This document shows, one piece after another, positions 13,209 to 27,138 of a stretch of DNA of 64,000 nt. Source of the DNA: Zootoca vivipara. Its lineage: Eukaryota. Location: the NCBI RefSeq assembly GCF_963506605.1, contig NC_083276.1, forward strand, positions 47,368,001 through 47,432,000, read 5' to 3'. Position 1 is the stretch's first letter; every line of letters starts with the position of its first letter. The translations under genes were made by a program, and so were the position numbers. Under the pieces are notes generated by a model. That model did no database searches and was not told the DNA's origin. It saw only the letters and a program-made list of their open reading frames with translations.

Positions 13209-13630
13209 TGTTAGGAATCGTCCTACACATGAGTAGGACCTTGGTAAAGACACATGCCTGACTGGCATGTTCTCTCCCTCCTGGTCGATCGTTCGGGAGC
13301 TTCAAAAGCTTTCTTCTGCCCAAACATCACAGGACACTTGGGGATCTGCAGAGTGTTCGCAGTTCGTGTAACAGACCTCAGCAACTCAGCATTTGGCTAA
13401 ATTACTTTATTTACATATAAACACACTCGGAGCACTGCAACATGGCTCCCTCTCTCTCTAGCATCAGACAACAAATAGAGAAAGAACAAAGGACAATAGT
13501 CTCACTTCATGGAACAAGTAACACAAACATCCTGTTTCCATCACTTCCCACTCTGTGGAATGAAAATATACACCATCATGTGATAGACAACAATCCCATG
13601 ACTGCAAACACGAGGAATGAATCTCCAACA
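13209..13630 (-). mobile_element. solo LTR (Gypsy-like)
   Basis: TGTT...AACA termini (tgttagga / tctccaaca), flanks atata/atatg (4 of 5 match), minus-strand AATAAA (tttatt near 13407), 422 bp. Confidence 0.65.
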
Positions 13631-14951
13631 ATATGTATGTAAATCTTTTCTTCTTGAGAGTAGACTGATTTGCATGTAACACTAAACCATGGCTTAACAA
13701 AATATGTCCAAGTTGAAATAAGGCTGAGCAAAAAAACTGGACTGATGGGCTACTTCTCCCCTCTTCCATGCAGCCAGGAGAAGGACTTCTGCAGCATTTA
13801 ATTTCATTATCCATGAATCCGATATTGCCATTGCATATAAACCAGAGACTGTGGTTTAAAGCAAACTCTAATATAAACAAGCCAGCTTCATACCCATGGT
13901 TTGATGTTGATTTGTTTAGAAACTAGATAAAAAGATAACTGTGACCTACAATGAACAAGGGGTATTAAGACACGAATGGGGAAACTTTTCCAAGATGAAC
14001 TGAATTATCTCAAAGATAATCTATTGAGGGTTTCGTGTCAGCTGTGGATGGAGCCAGAGAATTTATTATACAGCAAATGTCTCTGGAACTGGAACTCAGT
14101 TGTACAGTCTACTATGGAAGGCTTTAAAGGAATGAATATTTGTTGAATGAAATCTATTTCAATTTGTTGACAGATTCATATGGTCTATGTAAAGACCACA
14201 CTTTTTTTTAAAAAAAAAAAGTCCTCAAAATATATGCAATAATACACATGGAAAGGAAGCAGAGAAAAAATTCCAGTAACATTTAAAAATGAAGTTTAGG
14301 CATATTTACTCTGGAAAATTGTGAGATGCATTTGGGGGAGAAGAGGTATAAGGGAATCAGCAAAAGTTGTGGCCTCCTCCTATCACCAGTGAAGTCTCTC
14401 AGATGGATCAAAATCCTTTTGTGAATGGATGGAGTCCTTTCATTCATGAATGGAAAGTCTGTATTCAACCCAACATGTTTGTATGTCAAGTCAGTCAGCG
14501 CCAAATCCATCTATCAGAAGAGGGCCATGAATCAGAACCTGCAATGCAAGCTCAGAACTTTTGGTTGGGACATCTTTACACATTCTGGAGGGCAAAACGT
14601 TACAAGCAATAGAATTCTACTAACTATCCTTATAAGTATACTTTCCACATTACTGAATTATTTCAAAGGTTATTCTTCTGAAATTTAGCCAAATATTTCA
14701 GCAACTTTAACTTCAGTTTCAAATTTAACACAATGCAAATTCTGAAAAGGCAAATGCCTTTAAAGAAAGCATATGGTGGAAAGTATTGTACTTAAGTTTT
14801 CCATTAAAACTTGGAAAGCCTTCCTTTCTGACTTGAAATATACAAGGGGTTCAAAATTAGAGTTCATGATCACCATCAATCAGATAAATCAGTCTGTGAA
14901 AGCCACCTTTTTTATTATACCATACCTATGCAAGTGCTTTCTAAATGAAAT

Positions 14952-15210
14952 AAGGTAAAGGGTAAAGGGACCCCTGACCGTTAGGTCCAGTTGCGGCCGA
15001 CTCTGGGGTTGCGGCGCTCATCTCGCTTTATTGGCCAAGGGAGCCGGCGTTTGTCCACAGACAGCTTCTGGATCTACTTGCACTTTGATGTGCTTTCAAA
15101 CTGCTAGGTTGGCAGGAGCAGGGACTGAGCAACGGGAGCTCACCCTGTCGTGGGGATTCGAACCGCCGACCTTCTGATTGGCAAGCCCTAGGCTCTGTGG
15201 TTTAGACCAC
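14952..15210 (-). mobile_element. Sauria SINE (internally deleted)
   Basis: aaggtaaagggtaaagggacccctgacc...gggattcgaaccgccgaccttctgattggcaagccctaggctctgtgg. Confidence 0.92.
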
Positions 15211-18093
15211 CCAAAATAAAGCCTGCATTTGTCTCTCTAATAATAATGTTAAGCTGATAATTATGATTGCCAGCATAGTTCCAAACATTATGTTTATCAT
15301 TCCCCTATAACAGGCAGAAACAACATGAGACAGCTTACCCTAAAGGGGAATGTATAGAAACGTATGGTCCAAGGAGGTATACATGATGCAACTCTTCAGC
15401 ACAATTTAAGACTTACAGAATATTTTGAGATGGTCTCATTAATTAGGCCAATGTATCAGTTGACATTTAAACAACACAAACCTCATCTCAAAAACCAAAA
15501 GGAGGGGGGGAAGTTGTGGGAGGGGCCTGCCCCCTTCCCTTAAATCTTCTTCAATAGACAAAATCACAGCTTAAAAGTAGATGGTTGGAGGCACTTTTTA
15601 AAGATTTGAGAAAGTTTATTTTAAGGAAGACCACACAGATATCTTATGTATACACAAAGCAAAATGAATATAGTAATGGTTGGGAGATTCAAAGGAAAGT
15701 AACAGAAGTAATCTGAGAGCTGAATACTTACGGTGGTCTAGTTCTAGATAATAATTCAAGGGAAAACACACACATTATTTATTCTTGCGATAAATATAAT
15801 GTGAGTGTTGCTACTCAATAAGGAAAAAAAGCCTTCAATTTTATGTTAATGGTAAAGAGATAATGTAAGACAAGCATCTGAGAAATATAGGAAATAGCCA
15901 TAATTTTAAGTTCTTGAATAAAGATCGGCTACCAAAGCCTGCATCATTATTTGTACCTGAATGGAGAGCGAGGTTATAGATGGAGAGGAAATGGGTTCAA
16001 AGTGCCACAACCTTACTGGGCATAGCTCATGCAGTTTCATGTGGCATACATACAGCAAGGATCCAGACATCACACGACCCAATTTGCATCAGCAGGCTGA
16101 TACGATGGATTACCTCACCCCTGGGTGTGTATCAGGCACGTCTGACCTGAGCTAGGCTGGACCTTGAAGCAACACATCAAGGTCCCCATTTATCCCAGAT
16201 ATGGATCCTGCTAATGGCTGTCACATGGTTGTGATTATACTATATTGTGGGCTTCCCCGTGGTAACCTCCCATAGTGGCCGGGACAGCAGGCTGGGAAAG
16301 ACTGCTATAGAGAAACATAATTTAAGAAAACCCAAATAACACTGTTATGGGCAAAATAAACTCCCTATCACTTAAGTTAATCATGGATGCAGGTAAAATT
16401 CCTCCCCAGTTTCATCAACTGGCAGCTAACCTCTGCCCATAGAAAGCTTAGAAGTTTTGCAAGTCAAGGGAAGTAGGAGTGTAGACAGTAACAGCAATTA
16501 CAAAGTCCATGTCTGGTCCATACCGGTTTACACAGAAGTAGACCAGAAAAGAGTGAGATTCCCTCTCTGGCTCACTCAGCAGTTCCACACCAGTTGACAC
16601 GACTGAATGACTCCTGGGGCAAGGCCTGGGATGCCATTACATAACTGCCCCACAGTAAACGGGAGACCATTCCTTTTAATTGAACACTCAAACTCCATCT
16701 AATTTTAGTGTAGAATGTTTTCAACCATCCAACTCACAAAAACTCTATTTGAGGAGGTATGACAGTACCGCAACCAAGTAACATCCCACTGGGAGAAGAA
16801 AACAGGAGTATCTTTTTTACCTTTTAAATCCATATGTTCTTTGAAATATGTTGCACATTTTATTCTTCATATAACCTTAAGTTTTGCTGCTGTGTCTGAA
16901 TAATATAATTCTCACACTGTCATTCTGAGTTCCATGAATTGTGTCTTTAGAGATGAAGAGAACAGAAAGGAAACTAAAAGAGTTTAATATGGTCCCTACA
17001 GAGAGAAATATCTTATGTGGGATGTGGAGCAACAGACAAGCATACAACTGAGGCACATAATGGTGCACAACAGGATGTGGCAACCTGTGAGGTAAAAAAT
17101 TCTCAATGTTTCCAGGAAAGGTTCCCTACTGTTCAGTTATAGAAACGTGTTGGGATCATAAATTGCTACTCAGAGAACTTCTAACCTCAGTTTTAAGCCT
17201 CTCATCCAAATAACCAACACAGGACAGAATTCACAAGCATTCAACATGTCATAGGCAAAGAGAGGCTTGAGTTGACCTTGCCAGGAGTTTAACCTGTGGT
17301 TCCAAAAAGTCTGAGCCATACCCTGAAAATCCACTCTACCTTGACCACTCCAAAATTGGGTGTGTTGATGTCCTACAACTGAAAAATATATTAACTGTAA
17401 ATTGCATTGGTTTTCTTTTTAAATAAAGAAGAAGAAGAAACTTTATTAGGATTTTGGTAGTTAAAAGGAAAAAGAAATATTTACAAGCTGTTTAGATATT
17501 TTTCTTGATGCGTTTTACTCTTGGAACCACTATGAGTGTACTGGAAAAATGTTGATAGTAGTTTCATGTATCTTTCCATTTTGAATAAAGACCACTTTCT
17601 TTAATGTTCTTTTATGTAGCTTGACAAAATGTTTTGCAAGTTTATTTAAACCTCTAAAGCCGCCTGTGCTCATCACTAACCAGGAAGAGGCCTCTTTGGC
17701 TTACTCATTAGAACCATAGTTGGACTCAGGTACAAATTATTTTTCTGGTACAAGCTTTGATGGGCTTAAAAAAATTAACTGCTATCCAAACTACCAAATA
17801 TTTAATTGAAAGAGTTGTTGAGGTGTTAAAGTAAGTATTTTGCTATGGACAAATAATGGCACCATATATTAAAAATGTAAGAGAATCAAATATTTGCTAT
17901 TAGGCTTTCTAACTATATTGTAGCCCACAAAACATAAAACACAATATTTATATAGTATTAAGTCAACAAGTCCATAGTTATTTCTTTTAACCAATATCTT
18001 GATCACTCAGATGAAAGCTGGGTATATCCTACTGTGGGAAAATATGGCAACACAACAGAAACCAATTCAGAAATAATAGATATCAAATATTTA

Positions 18094-18095
<2 letters not shown>

Positions 18096-18126
<31 letters not shown>

Positions 18127-18152
18127 TATACCCTGCCCATCTGGCTGGGTTT
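18096..18152 (-). mobile_element. L2-type 3' tail stub with (ATT)n
   Basis: (att)n followed by atttataccctgcccatctggctgggtttc, the same tail as at 46862. Confidence 0.7.
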
Positions 18153-18232
18153 CTGGCTGGCTGTTTACTGCTACTCTGTCTTTTGACCCTAGCTCTCAAA
18201 GCCGCTTACAAATTTAAAACAGTAGCCATTAA

Positions 18233-19148
18233 AAGGAGTACGACAAGGTTGTATATTGTCTCCCTGCTTATTTAACTTATATGCAGAATTCACCATGCGA
18301 AAGGCTGGACTAGATGAATCCCAAGCCGGAATTAAGATTGCCGGAAGAAATATCAACAACCTCAGATATGCAGATGACAAAACCTTGATGGCAGAAAGTG
18401 AGGAGGAATTAAAGAACCTTTTAACGAGGGTGAAAGAGGAGAGCGCAAAATATGGTCTGAAGCTCAACATCAAAAAAACCAAGATCATGGCCACTGGTCC
18501 CATCACCTCCTGGCAAATAGAAGGGGAAGAAATGGAGGCAGTGAGAGATTTTACTTTCTTGGGCTCCTTGATCACTGCAGATGGTGACAGCAGTCACGAA
18601 ATTAAAAGACGCCTGCTTCTTGGGAGAAAAGCAATGACAAACCTAGACAGCATCTTAAAAAGCAGAGACATCACCTTGCCGACAAAGGTCCATATAATTA
18701 AAGGTATGGTTTTCCCAGTAGTGATGTATGGAAGTGAGAGCTGGACCATAAAGAAGGCTGATCGCCGAAGAATTGATGCTTTTGAATTGTGGTGCTGGGG
18801 GAGACTCTTGAGAGTCCCATGGACTGCAAGAAGATCAAACCTATCCATTCTTAAGGAAATCAGCCCTGAGTGCTCCCTGGAAGGACAGATCGTGAAGCTG
18901 AGGCTCCAATACTTTGGCCACCTCATGAGAAGAGAAGACTCCCTGGAAAAGACCCTGATGTTGGGAAAAATTGAGGGCACAAGGAGAAGGGGACGACAGA
19001 GGACGAGATGGTTGGACAGTGTTCTCGAAGCTACGAACATGAGTTTGACCAAACTGCGGGAGGCAGTGGAAGACAGGAGTGCCTGGCGTGCTATGGTCCA
19101 TGGGGTCACGAAGAGTCAGACACGACTAAATGACTAAACAACAACAAC
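18233..19148 (+). mobile_element. BovB (RTE) LINE, 5'-truncated
   Basis: 293-aa ORF with LRYADD, near-identical to the 3' end of 55102-58134; (CAA)n tail; duplication agccattaa (18224-18232, 19149-19157). Confidence 0.97.
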
Positions 19149-19905
19149 AGCCATTAATAAATAAATAAAACACAGGAAAACAAGTCAATAAAATTGATTA
19201 CCAATAATAGTACAAGTTGATTGCAACTTACACTTATGCAATCACAACCTTATGCTGATCACAAAAAATATAAAAACAAATAGAAAGGCGGCAGGAGATC
19301 CTTGCTTACCGGGCTCTGGAAGCTCTCGAGATCTTGCAGGGCCGACCAAGATCTCATGAGATCTCGTGAGAGCATTCCGAGGCCTTGTGCAACCATCAGA
19401 GAACCCTGTAAACAAGGCATGCGGCTTAAAAATCTATTTCCACAAAGGGTTTTGTAGATTTAAGTGGCTCTAGTATCAGTATTTTTTTTTAGAATAGCTC
19501 TCCTTAGTAACTTAAGTTATTATGGATGCAACCACTGGGTTCTGGGAGAGGAAATGTTTATTATATTCTGAGAAATATTATGTTTGAGAGGAAAAACCTA
19601 TTAAGGTGGCTGAAGTTTGAAATCTTGAACATTGCTTTAAACTTATTTTGACATTGTGTTTTAATGTTATAATTTACCCTGGAACCTTAGAGCGAATATA
19701 CTTTTTTTTTTTTTGATCAGAGATAAGCCATATGAAATTCAGTGGAAGTTACTTCCAGGTAAGTGTGTTTAGGGCAGCAGCTTTAAAAAGCTAGAACCCA
19801 TGTGCCAAATTCCTGTGCCAGTAGTTATAAACAGAGACTGACAAAGCATCAGAGAAAAGAAGAAGACGCAAGGCCAAGAGTTGACCAGTTTCTGTTCAGT
19901 GAACC

Positions 19906-20277
19906 CAAACCCTCCAAGTGTCCCTATTTTCAAGGGACGTGTCTGATTTAAAGAAGTCTTCCCGGTTTCTCATTTGATCCCAGAATGTACAGCTTATCCT
20001 TAGGATGTCCCTATAAATGTTGGAAGGTATGATAGGATGTCCCTATTTTCATTGGAGGAATATTGGAGGGTATGGAATTATCCAACCCCCAAGCCATCTG
20101 AGGGCAATCCTGTATAGGGAATTTAAAAAAATGTTTTATTACATTTTCATATACTGTACATTGGAAGCTGCCCAGAGTGCTGGGGCAACCCAATAAGGCG
20201 TGTGGGGTATAAATAGTAAAATTATCATTGTGGAATGGGACGTCCCTATTTTCATTGGAGAAATGTTGGAGGGTATG
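19906..20277. mobile_element. non-autonomous DNA element with an embedded L2-type tail fragment
   Basis: Ends caaaccctccaa / ttggagggtatg; repeated gtccctattttc units; an internal ggaagctgcccagagtg...ggggtataaat tail. Confidence 0.55.
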
Positions 20278-20779
20278 TGAACCACCAATGGCATTTCTCA
20301 GTGTTTGGTAGAAAGGTGCGTCCTGAAATTTCCACAAATTTTCATGGGTTCATTTCATCATTAATTTACTTATATACCACCACTAGTATGTATGGTACTT
20401 TACAAAGCCTAAGAGGATAGGAGCCTGCCCTGAGGAGCTTGCAACCTAAAAACTGTGCACAGGGGAAACAGAGGAAGGAGACAAGCGTGGAGGTAGGAGG
20501 AAAGAGGAAAGCAATATGCAAGCGTTTCAACTGCTCATGCTTAAGCTTAGTTACATGCTAAGCTACAGTAGGCCATGGAAACAAGGAGGTTGTGCCAAGC
20601 CTTCACAGAAAAAGCCGTTTGTCAAATGTAATTTTCATTAGTATTTCATTCCCTGCCACGAGCCACTTGCACTGCACTCTCCCTCTCTCTCATGTCCACT
20701 AGTATAAATATCAATTTCACGAACACACAAAGTGCCACAAAATAAATAAAAACAGATGGAAGACTATTTCTGCTTCATA

Positions 20780-21131
20780 AAGGTAAAGGTAAAAGGTGCC
20801 CCTGACCATTAGATCCAGTCGCGGATGACTCTGGGGTTGAGGCGCTCATCTCGCTTTACTGGCCGAGGGAGCTGGCGCACAGCTTCTGTGTCATGAGGCC
20901 AGCATGACAAAGCCGCTTCTGGCGAAACCAGAGCACACGGAAACGCCATTTACCTTCCCGCTTGGAGTGGTACCTATTTATCTACTTACACTTTGTGCTT
21001 TCGAACTGCTAGGTTGGCAGGTGCAGGGACCAAGCAATGGGAACTCACCCCGTCGCGGGGATTCGAACTGCAGACCTTCTGATCGGCAAACCCTAGGCTC
21101 TGTGGTTTAACCCACAGCGCCACCCGCGTCC
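20780..21131 (-). mobile_element. Sauria SINE, full length
   Basis: Complete head (reverse complement gggacgcgggtggcgctgtgg-like) and (GGTAAA)n tail; 13-bp duplication tttctgcttcata (20767-20779, 21132-21144). Confidence 0.95.
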
Positions 21132-21815
21132 TTTCTGCTTCATACCTCCAATTTAAAAGCCCAAAGCTTGAGAAGAAACAATTTCAGCTTCTTTAATAAA
21201 TTTGTCCACTTCTGGCATGTCCTTAATTTCCCACACTTCCACTTGCATGAATCACTAAAAGGAAGAACAGCCTGCAGACACACCATATACCTGAGAAATA
21301 AAATCTATTAAGTGTAGTGTCACTGAGATATTTTCAAAATCTATCCAATGGGTTCTGATCTGTGGAAAGTAAGGGCAAGCAAAAGCTTACATGGATCACT
21401 CAACTATGCAATCATTGCCACTTTGCAGTTATCAATGATTAAAGAAGTAAAATGTGGCAGGGATTAGAAAAAGGACTTGCAACAGAAATAATTATCAGCT
21501 TAGATATCAGGAAAATATAGATACAGCTTCCTGTATTCCTCTAGAATACAGCTTCCTAGGGTGGCCTGGCTTGTATGTAATGTTGAATCATTTTAGTTTT
21601 ACATGCAAACCATGGTTTGTTAGCAAAAATAAATCAATGTTTCTTGTTGGCTTACTGACCTGAACTATGGTTTAGACTTACATGTACAGACAGTTCCCAC
21701 AGGGAAGAAGGAAAAAATATGCAGAGAAGAGAAGAAATTCAGGGGTCCTGTATGGTGGCCTGGATGGCAAAATACTGTAAACAGGGGGTGGGGTGAAGGG
21801 AAAGTGATGTTGTGA

Positions 21816-22577
21816 TTATAAGGATGGATTAACAGGTTTATAACTGGTCTGCTGATTATGGAATTTGCTGGATTGGGGGGGTGGAGCCGGTAATCGGGGA
21901 TGTAAGGTTAAATTGAGAATAGTTATAGTTTTAAAAGTGAATGGATTTTGGAAAAATGTGAAAATATGGAGGCTTATAGAGGGAGAAAAAATTAGGCACG
22001 GGAAGATAAAATGGGAGTTTGATTTTTCAGTGAGTTGAATATTAGATGAAAATGTTAACAATTGATTTATAAGTTGTATAAGATACAAAGGTGTATTTTT
22101 ATAAAGTAAGAAACTGTTGCAGATGATAAAAAAGGGATGAAAACCGGGGAAGGGGGGGAGGGGAAGCCCACAAAATATGGTTTTACAATTATGAATGTAA
22201 GAAAATTTTTTCTGTTTTGTATTGTTTTTTTCTCTTTTTTTGCCCTTTCTTTTTTCTCTTTTTTCCTATTTCTATTTTTCTCTTTTTTTTGGTATGACAA
22301 TAGATGGTTGGATGGATGGCCTCCTGCGTACTGCCCTGGTTTGCTGGAGCTCCCTGGTGGCAGGGGGGGGCTTTGGGGTCAGGGGAGGGGGAGGAGGACA
22401 GAAATCCAAGCATAAAATGGACCATCTCTGACTGTTCACATACATGGGATACTTCTGTGGCAGGGGAGGACCCATGTGGGTGGGTAGGAAGGAGGTGGAA
22501 AAGGTGTTTATGTATGTACCGTTGTTGTTTTTTTGTATTTTGTAAAATTAATAAAAAGTATGTTTTAAAAAAATAAA
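21816..22577 (+). mobile_element. L1-like 3' end fragments (composite)
   Basis: Purine-rich then T-rich composition ending in aataaa and an A-rich tail; similar architecture to the insert at 37843-38230. Confidence 0.5.
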
Positions 22578-22837
22578 ATGTAGTTTGTTTGCCCCACCCA
22601 AATCATCCACCAAACTACAGAAATGCTACCCAAGAGTGGTTGAAAAACGACTCTCCATGCTCCACTGCTCTCACTGGCTGTGCTAGTAAATATGATGTAG
22701 CTTCCAAGGCTGCCTGGTAACAGGGTCCTCTTCCTGCTTAACTCATTCATCTCCAGATGGAATCTTAATAGGACCTTTGGTCTTACCCCTTCTAACAGAC
22801 TGAATTTTCCAATTCATATTTAATGCACAGCTGTGGC

Positions 22838-22970
22838 ACAGAATCCTAGAGTTGGCCAGGACCACAAGGGTGATCTAGTGCAACTCCCTGCAATGCAGCA
22901 ATCTTTTGCCCAATGTGAGGCTTGAACCCACAACCCTGAAATTAAGAGTCTACTGACTGAGCTACCCCAG
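22838..22970 (-). mobile_element. tRNA(Lys)-derived SINE with CR1-like tail
   Basis: Homologous to 7141-7280 (gaccacaagggt.atctagt.caac...cttttgcccaa.gtg.ggct.gaaccca). Confidence 0.8.
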
Positions 22971-24018
22971 CTGGAGTGGAGATGAAAATTTAACCGGAAA
23001 GTTAAAGGGACTAGTCTTCATGATGACAGGCTTTCACCACTTTAGTCTTTTTTTTTTTTACTGTTTAATAAGTTTAGAAGCCTGTTGATACCTCTTTACA
23101 AGGCATGACTGTGCAAGTCAGTACAGGGCTTTTAATAAAACGGGGGAACCCATTGGCTGAGGCAGTCAACTTAATTAAGGTATTAAACCCCTCACACCAA
23201 CAAATTTAGTTTAAGTTCACACCCCCACATAGCCATCTGGGAGATTCTATTTCATAGAACCATTTTTCTTTTCCTCTTTTCTTTCCACTCTTATCTGCAT
23301 TACAGCACAATCTTATACATGTCTACTGAGAAGTAAACTCCACTACGTTTTGTGGAGCTTGCAGCCAGGCTGAATTTTAAACTGTTAAAGGGAAGGTGGA
23401 CGTTTCAAATCACCTTGGACACATCAGTACACTGTGGAGGGACAAGTGATGGGATGTGATACGATCTTGCACACAATTAATTTGTGCGACTTCAACCTTG
23501 CACGGTTAAAAGCTAGTCGGTTGAAATCCCACAGATTAATTGCATGCAAAGTGAAGAGCTTAAAGCTTCTTTTGCACCAGGTTTTCCCAGCATTGAGAGA
23601 GCTTTTAAGCTCTCAGACTTGCTTATCAGGCTCTTGAGATCGTCCAGTAAAGTGCCCAGTCCTGCTCTCCACCCAAATCAAAGAATGTTGGATACCTTAC
23701 ACAAGTGAAAATTGTTTATTAAAATCTTTCTAACCTGCCTTTCCACACAAATGCTCAAGGAAGCTTACAATTCATAAAATCTCTTTACAAAAAGTTATGA
23801 AATCCAATAACAAACAAAATACTATCAAAATTAATGTGAAAACCCAACAGCTGGGTTTTTAAACAGATGAAAAATTGGACATGAATGGCAGCACATTTAA
23901 CTACTTCCAAACAATTGAGAGATCTAACCCCTAACCACACAAGGTGTGATACACAGAATTAGTGGGAAAGGTGATACAGAAACTTAAGAGTACTTGGTGG
24001 TCATTCACAGACAGACTA

Positions 24019-24435
24019 CAGTGGAACCTCGGTTTATGAACACCTCGGTTTATGAATTTTCGGTTTATGAACGCCGCGGACCCATCTGGAACGGATTAAT
24101 TCACTTTCCATTACTTTTAATGGGAAAGTTCGCTTCAGTTTATGAACGCTTCAGTTTATGAACAGACTTCCGGAACCAATTACACCCATGTTTCAGTTTA
24201 TGAACGCTTCAATTTAAGTACTTCACAGACCCATCTGGAACGGATTAATCCACTTTCCATTACTTTCAATGGAAAAGTTCGCTTCAGTTTATGAACGGTT
24301 ACTCCGCGGACCGTCTGGAACGGATTAATCCACTTTCCATTACTTTCAATGGGAAAGTTCGCTTCAGTTTATGAACGCTTCAGTTTATGAACAGACTTCC
24401 GGAACCAATTGTGTTCATAAACCGAGGTACCACTG
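24019..24435. mobile_element. Tigger/pogo-like MITE, inverted copy of 11036-11452
   Basis: TA-CAGTGGAACCTCGGTTTATGAACAC...GTGTTCATAAACCGAGGTACCACTG-TA; 417 bp. Confidence 0.92.
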
Positions 24436-25069
24436 TAATTTGTTAAAGTTTGAAAAGAATATAACAGGAATCCTTATGCACATTATACAAGTATTTGGAC
24501 TGTTTAATGAACTCTTTATGTACATGGCATAGATCTAGTTTTCTCTCATGATTATGATTGTGTTTGCATTGTAACAACACCTAGGACCTGAGGGTGAAGG
24601 ACAGGTAATAAGTAAAAACTGTTGCTGTTTCTACAGCTACACAAGATTGTACTGTACAGTATATGTATTGTGCTTAACTGAAGCTGCAAAACTTGTCCCT
24701 TCCTCTTAGTAATGAACTGGGCTTTGTCCAACCGATGACTGAACTCAGTTACCAAGCAACATCTGGGTTGAAATGTAACTTTACTGTACACAGAGCATGC
24801 CATACAGTTTGAAAAGCAGGTATGCTGCAACTGCAGGAAATCCCCATGCTGGCTCATGTAAAATTCAATCTATAGTGTAGGAACAACAATGCTATCTGGA
24901 GCAAGAAGCAATAAAACATTTCCCAATGATTCTCAAGGTTTCACAGCACATGACTGAAATTTCTATTACATGGTCAAGATAATTTTACTGTTCCACCACA
25001 CTGAACAAAAAATTACCGATTTTCATCTGATAAAATGAGTGGCTGGGGAAACCCAGCCAGATGTGCGGG

Positions 25070-25070
<1 letters not shown>

Positions 25071-25115
<45 letters not shown>
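25071..25115. repeat. (ATT)n microsatellite
   Basis: Directly visible; it produces the poly-Ile ORF. Confidence 0.97.
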
Positions 25116-25116
<1 letters not shown>

Positions 25117-27138
25117 TGCATAATATATTTTATAATGATATATAAAATAAAAACTATTTACTTTTATTTTATTTTATTAACTCTTTTTAATTTTACTAAA
25201 CTCCACCCGCAAAAGCTATACAAGAAAATACTACCTGTCATTCTGTTTTGTTTACGGTACTTAAAAAAATAATTAGTAAAGTATCTTTAAAATGTGACTC
25301 AGAATAATTTTGTATTGCAACTAATGCTGAACAATCATATCAGATTAATCTAAATCATGTTAAATTGAGTATCATTAAATGCTGAAAAATTAAAAAGTTT
25401 AGTGACAAAAATCCATTTTCTCTTCCCATAATCTAGAGAAAGGGTCTGACAGTTGTGGAAGGCAAAGTTTTGTGGGGAAATCTCTCTTTTTAGTTGATGA
25501 TGTTGAATTTCTTTCCAAATTAATGAAGTACTCTGCGGAGTGGAGCTCTTTTTGAGCTTTTTACATAATTTCAAAGTATGTTTTCCATGTTCCCCTTTGC
25601 CCTCATTGTTAATAGCATTGTTAAGAGCATCTAAACACATACAAAATATGAGCACCTTGTAGGGATTAACAGACCAAGACAAAAAAAGTATTTGCTGCAG
25701 CTGGGTTTTTAAACAAAACATCTTATAGAAGCAAGTCTGCTAAATGCCGGGAAAGAGCTTATTTTATTAAATGTACCCCAATGAAAATCAAGATTTAATG
25801 GAAGAACAAGAAGCTAGCATACAATTCCAATAGCAGAGTATGTTTTCAAACATTAAGTTCCAGCCTTATTTTACTAGTTAAAGCCACAATGGGAAGTGCC
25901 AAATAGACATTTATAGTCACACATTTACAAACACTGGGCTATGCTATATGAAAAGATGGTTTTCTGGATATCAGCCAATGGGAACTTCAGAACTTCACGG
26001 CTTTAAACAGTGGAAGAAGTTTAGACTCCAATAAGAAGCCTTCGCCCCCTGAAGGATGGTGTCATGGAAATCAGCACTCACTCCCAAACAATTTTCCTGA
26101 AATTATATATCACCAATGGCGTCAGAGGTATTTTCAACTTGCCAGATGTTAAATGAATGAAAGGAGATTGTTTCCTTTTTGCCATCCCTTTCTTAGTGCG
26201 ATGGGATTTGCTTCTCAGCATTTTAGTACTGTATCTCCTTTCCTACCAAGGCTTCTCTATGGTATAATGCTAGCCAGAATAATACTTTTATATATGATAC
26301 AGGGAAATCCCATAGCTTTCTCACTTCAGCATGCAATTTATCTATTATTTATTTCCCCCCACAAAATTTATATGCCACTTGATATTTAAAAAACTCAAAG
26401 TGGTTTACAAAAGACCAACATTTTTGTCCTTTTTCTCTTTCTGTTTTGTTTTCTTCCTCCTTATTGGAGTTCTTTATCACTTTAGAATCTGGATCCAGAT
26501 TCCAGATTACATTTTGATAATATGTACTTTATTCTGTGTTCATTCCTTGAACACTGCTACACGCAGACTGGTGTTGTTCCTTTCAGAAAACCCCTTGCCC
26601 TGCCAGCCTACTGTAAGTCCTGGGGTGGATTGATCTGCAAGGGCATTCTGAAATCCTCGTCAGAAACAAAGACTAGATCTGCCATAAACATTACACAAGG
26701 CACTTTGCAGTCTATAAGCAGAGTACATGTGCAAAAGGTATCATAACATGTATTAAGATGTTCCTACTCTTTCAGTCTTTACTGGCTTGTGTAAAAATGG
26801 TCTCAAGGGCAACGTCCACGCTTAGGCTCTACATGCGTTCAAAAGGACAAAGGGACTATGGTCATCAACTTCTAAGATCAGGGGTCCCCAAACTTTTTCA
26901 GCCGGGGGCCGGTCCACCGCCCTCAGACCCTTCGCTGGGCCGGACTATATTTTTTCGGGGTGGGGGGGAGCCGAAATCCTATGCACATTGAACATATTGC
27001 ATTTGGTGCACAAAAAACAGGAAAACAATACAATATTTAAATTTAAAATAATGATTTTAATCAACACAAAATAATATTTTAAATAAAACAACACCATACA
27101 ATATTTAAATTAAAGAATGATTGTAATCAACAAAAACT

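Noticed and set aside
15325-15355. Minus-strand acceptor abutting a donor (tttag-g-gtaagc; similar near 36085) as a recursive splice site
   Set aside because: One extra base separates AG and GT, so it does not fit the AG|GT pattern, and chance occurrence is likely.
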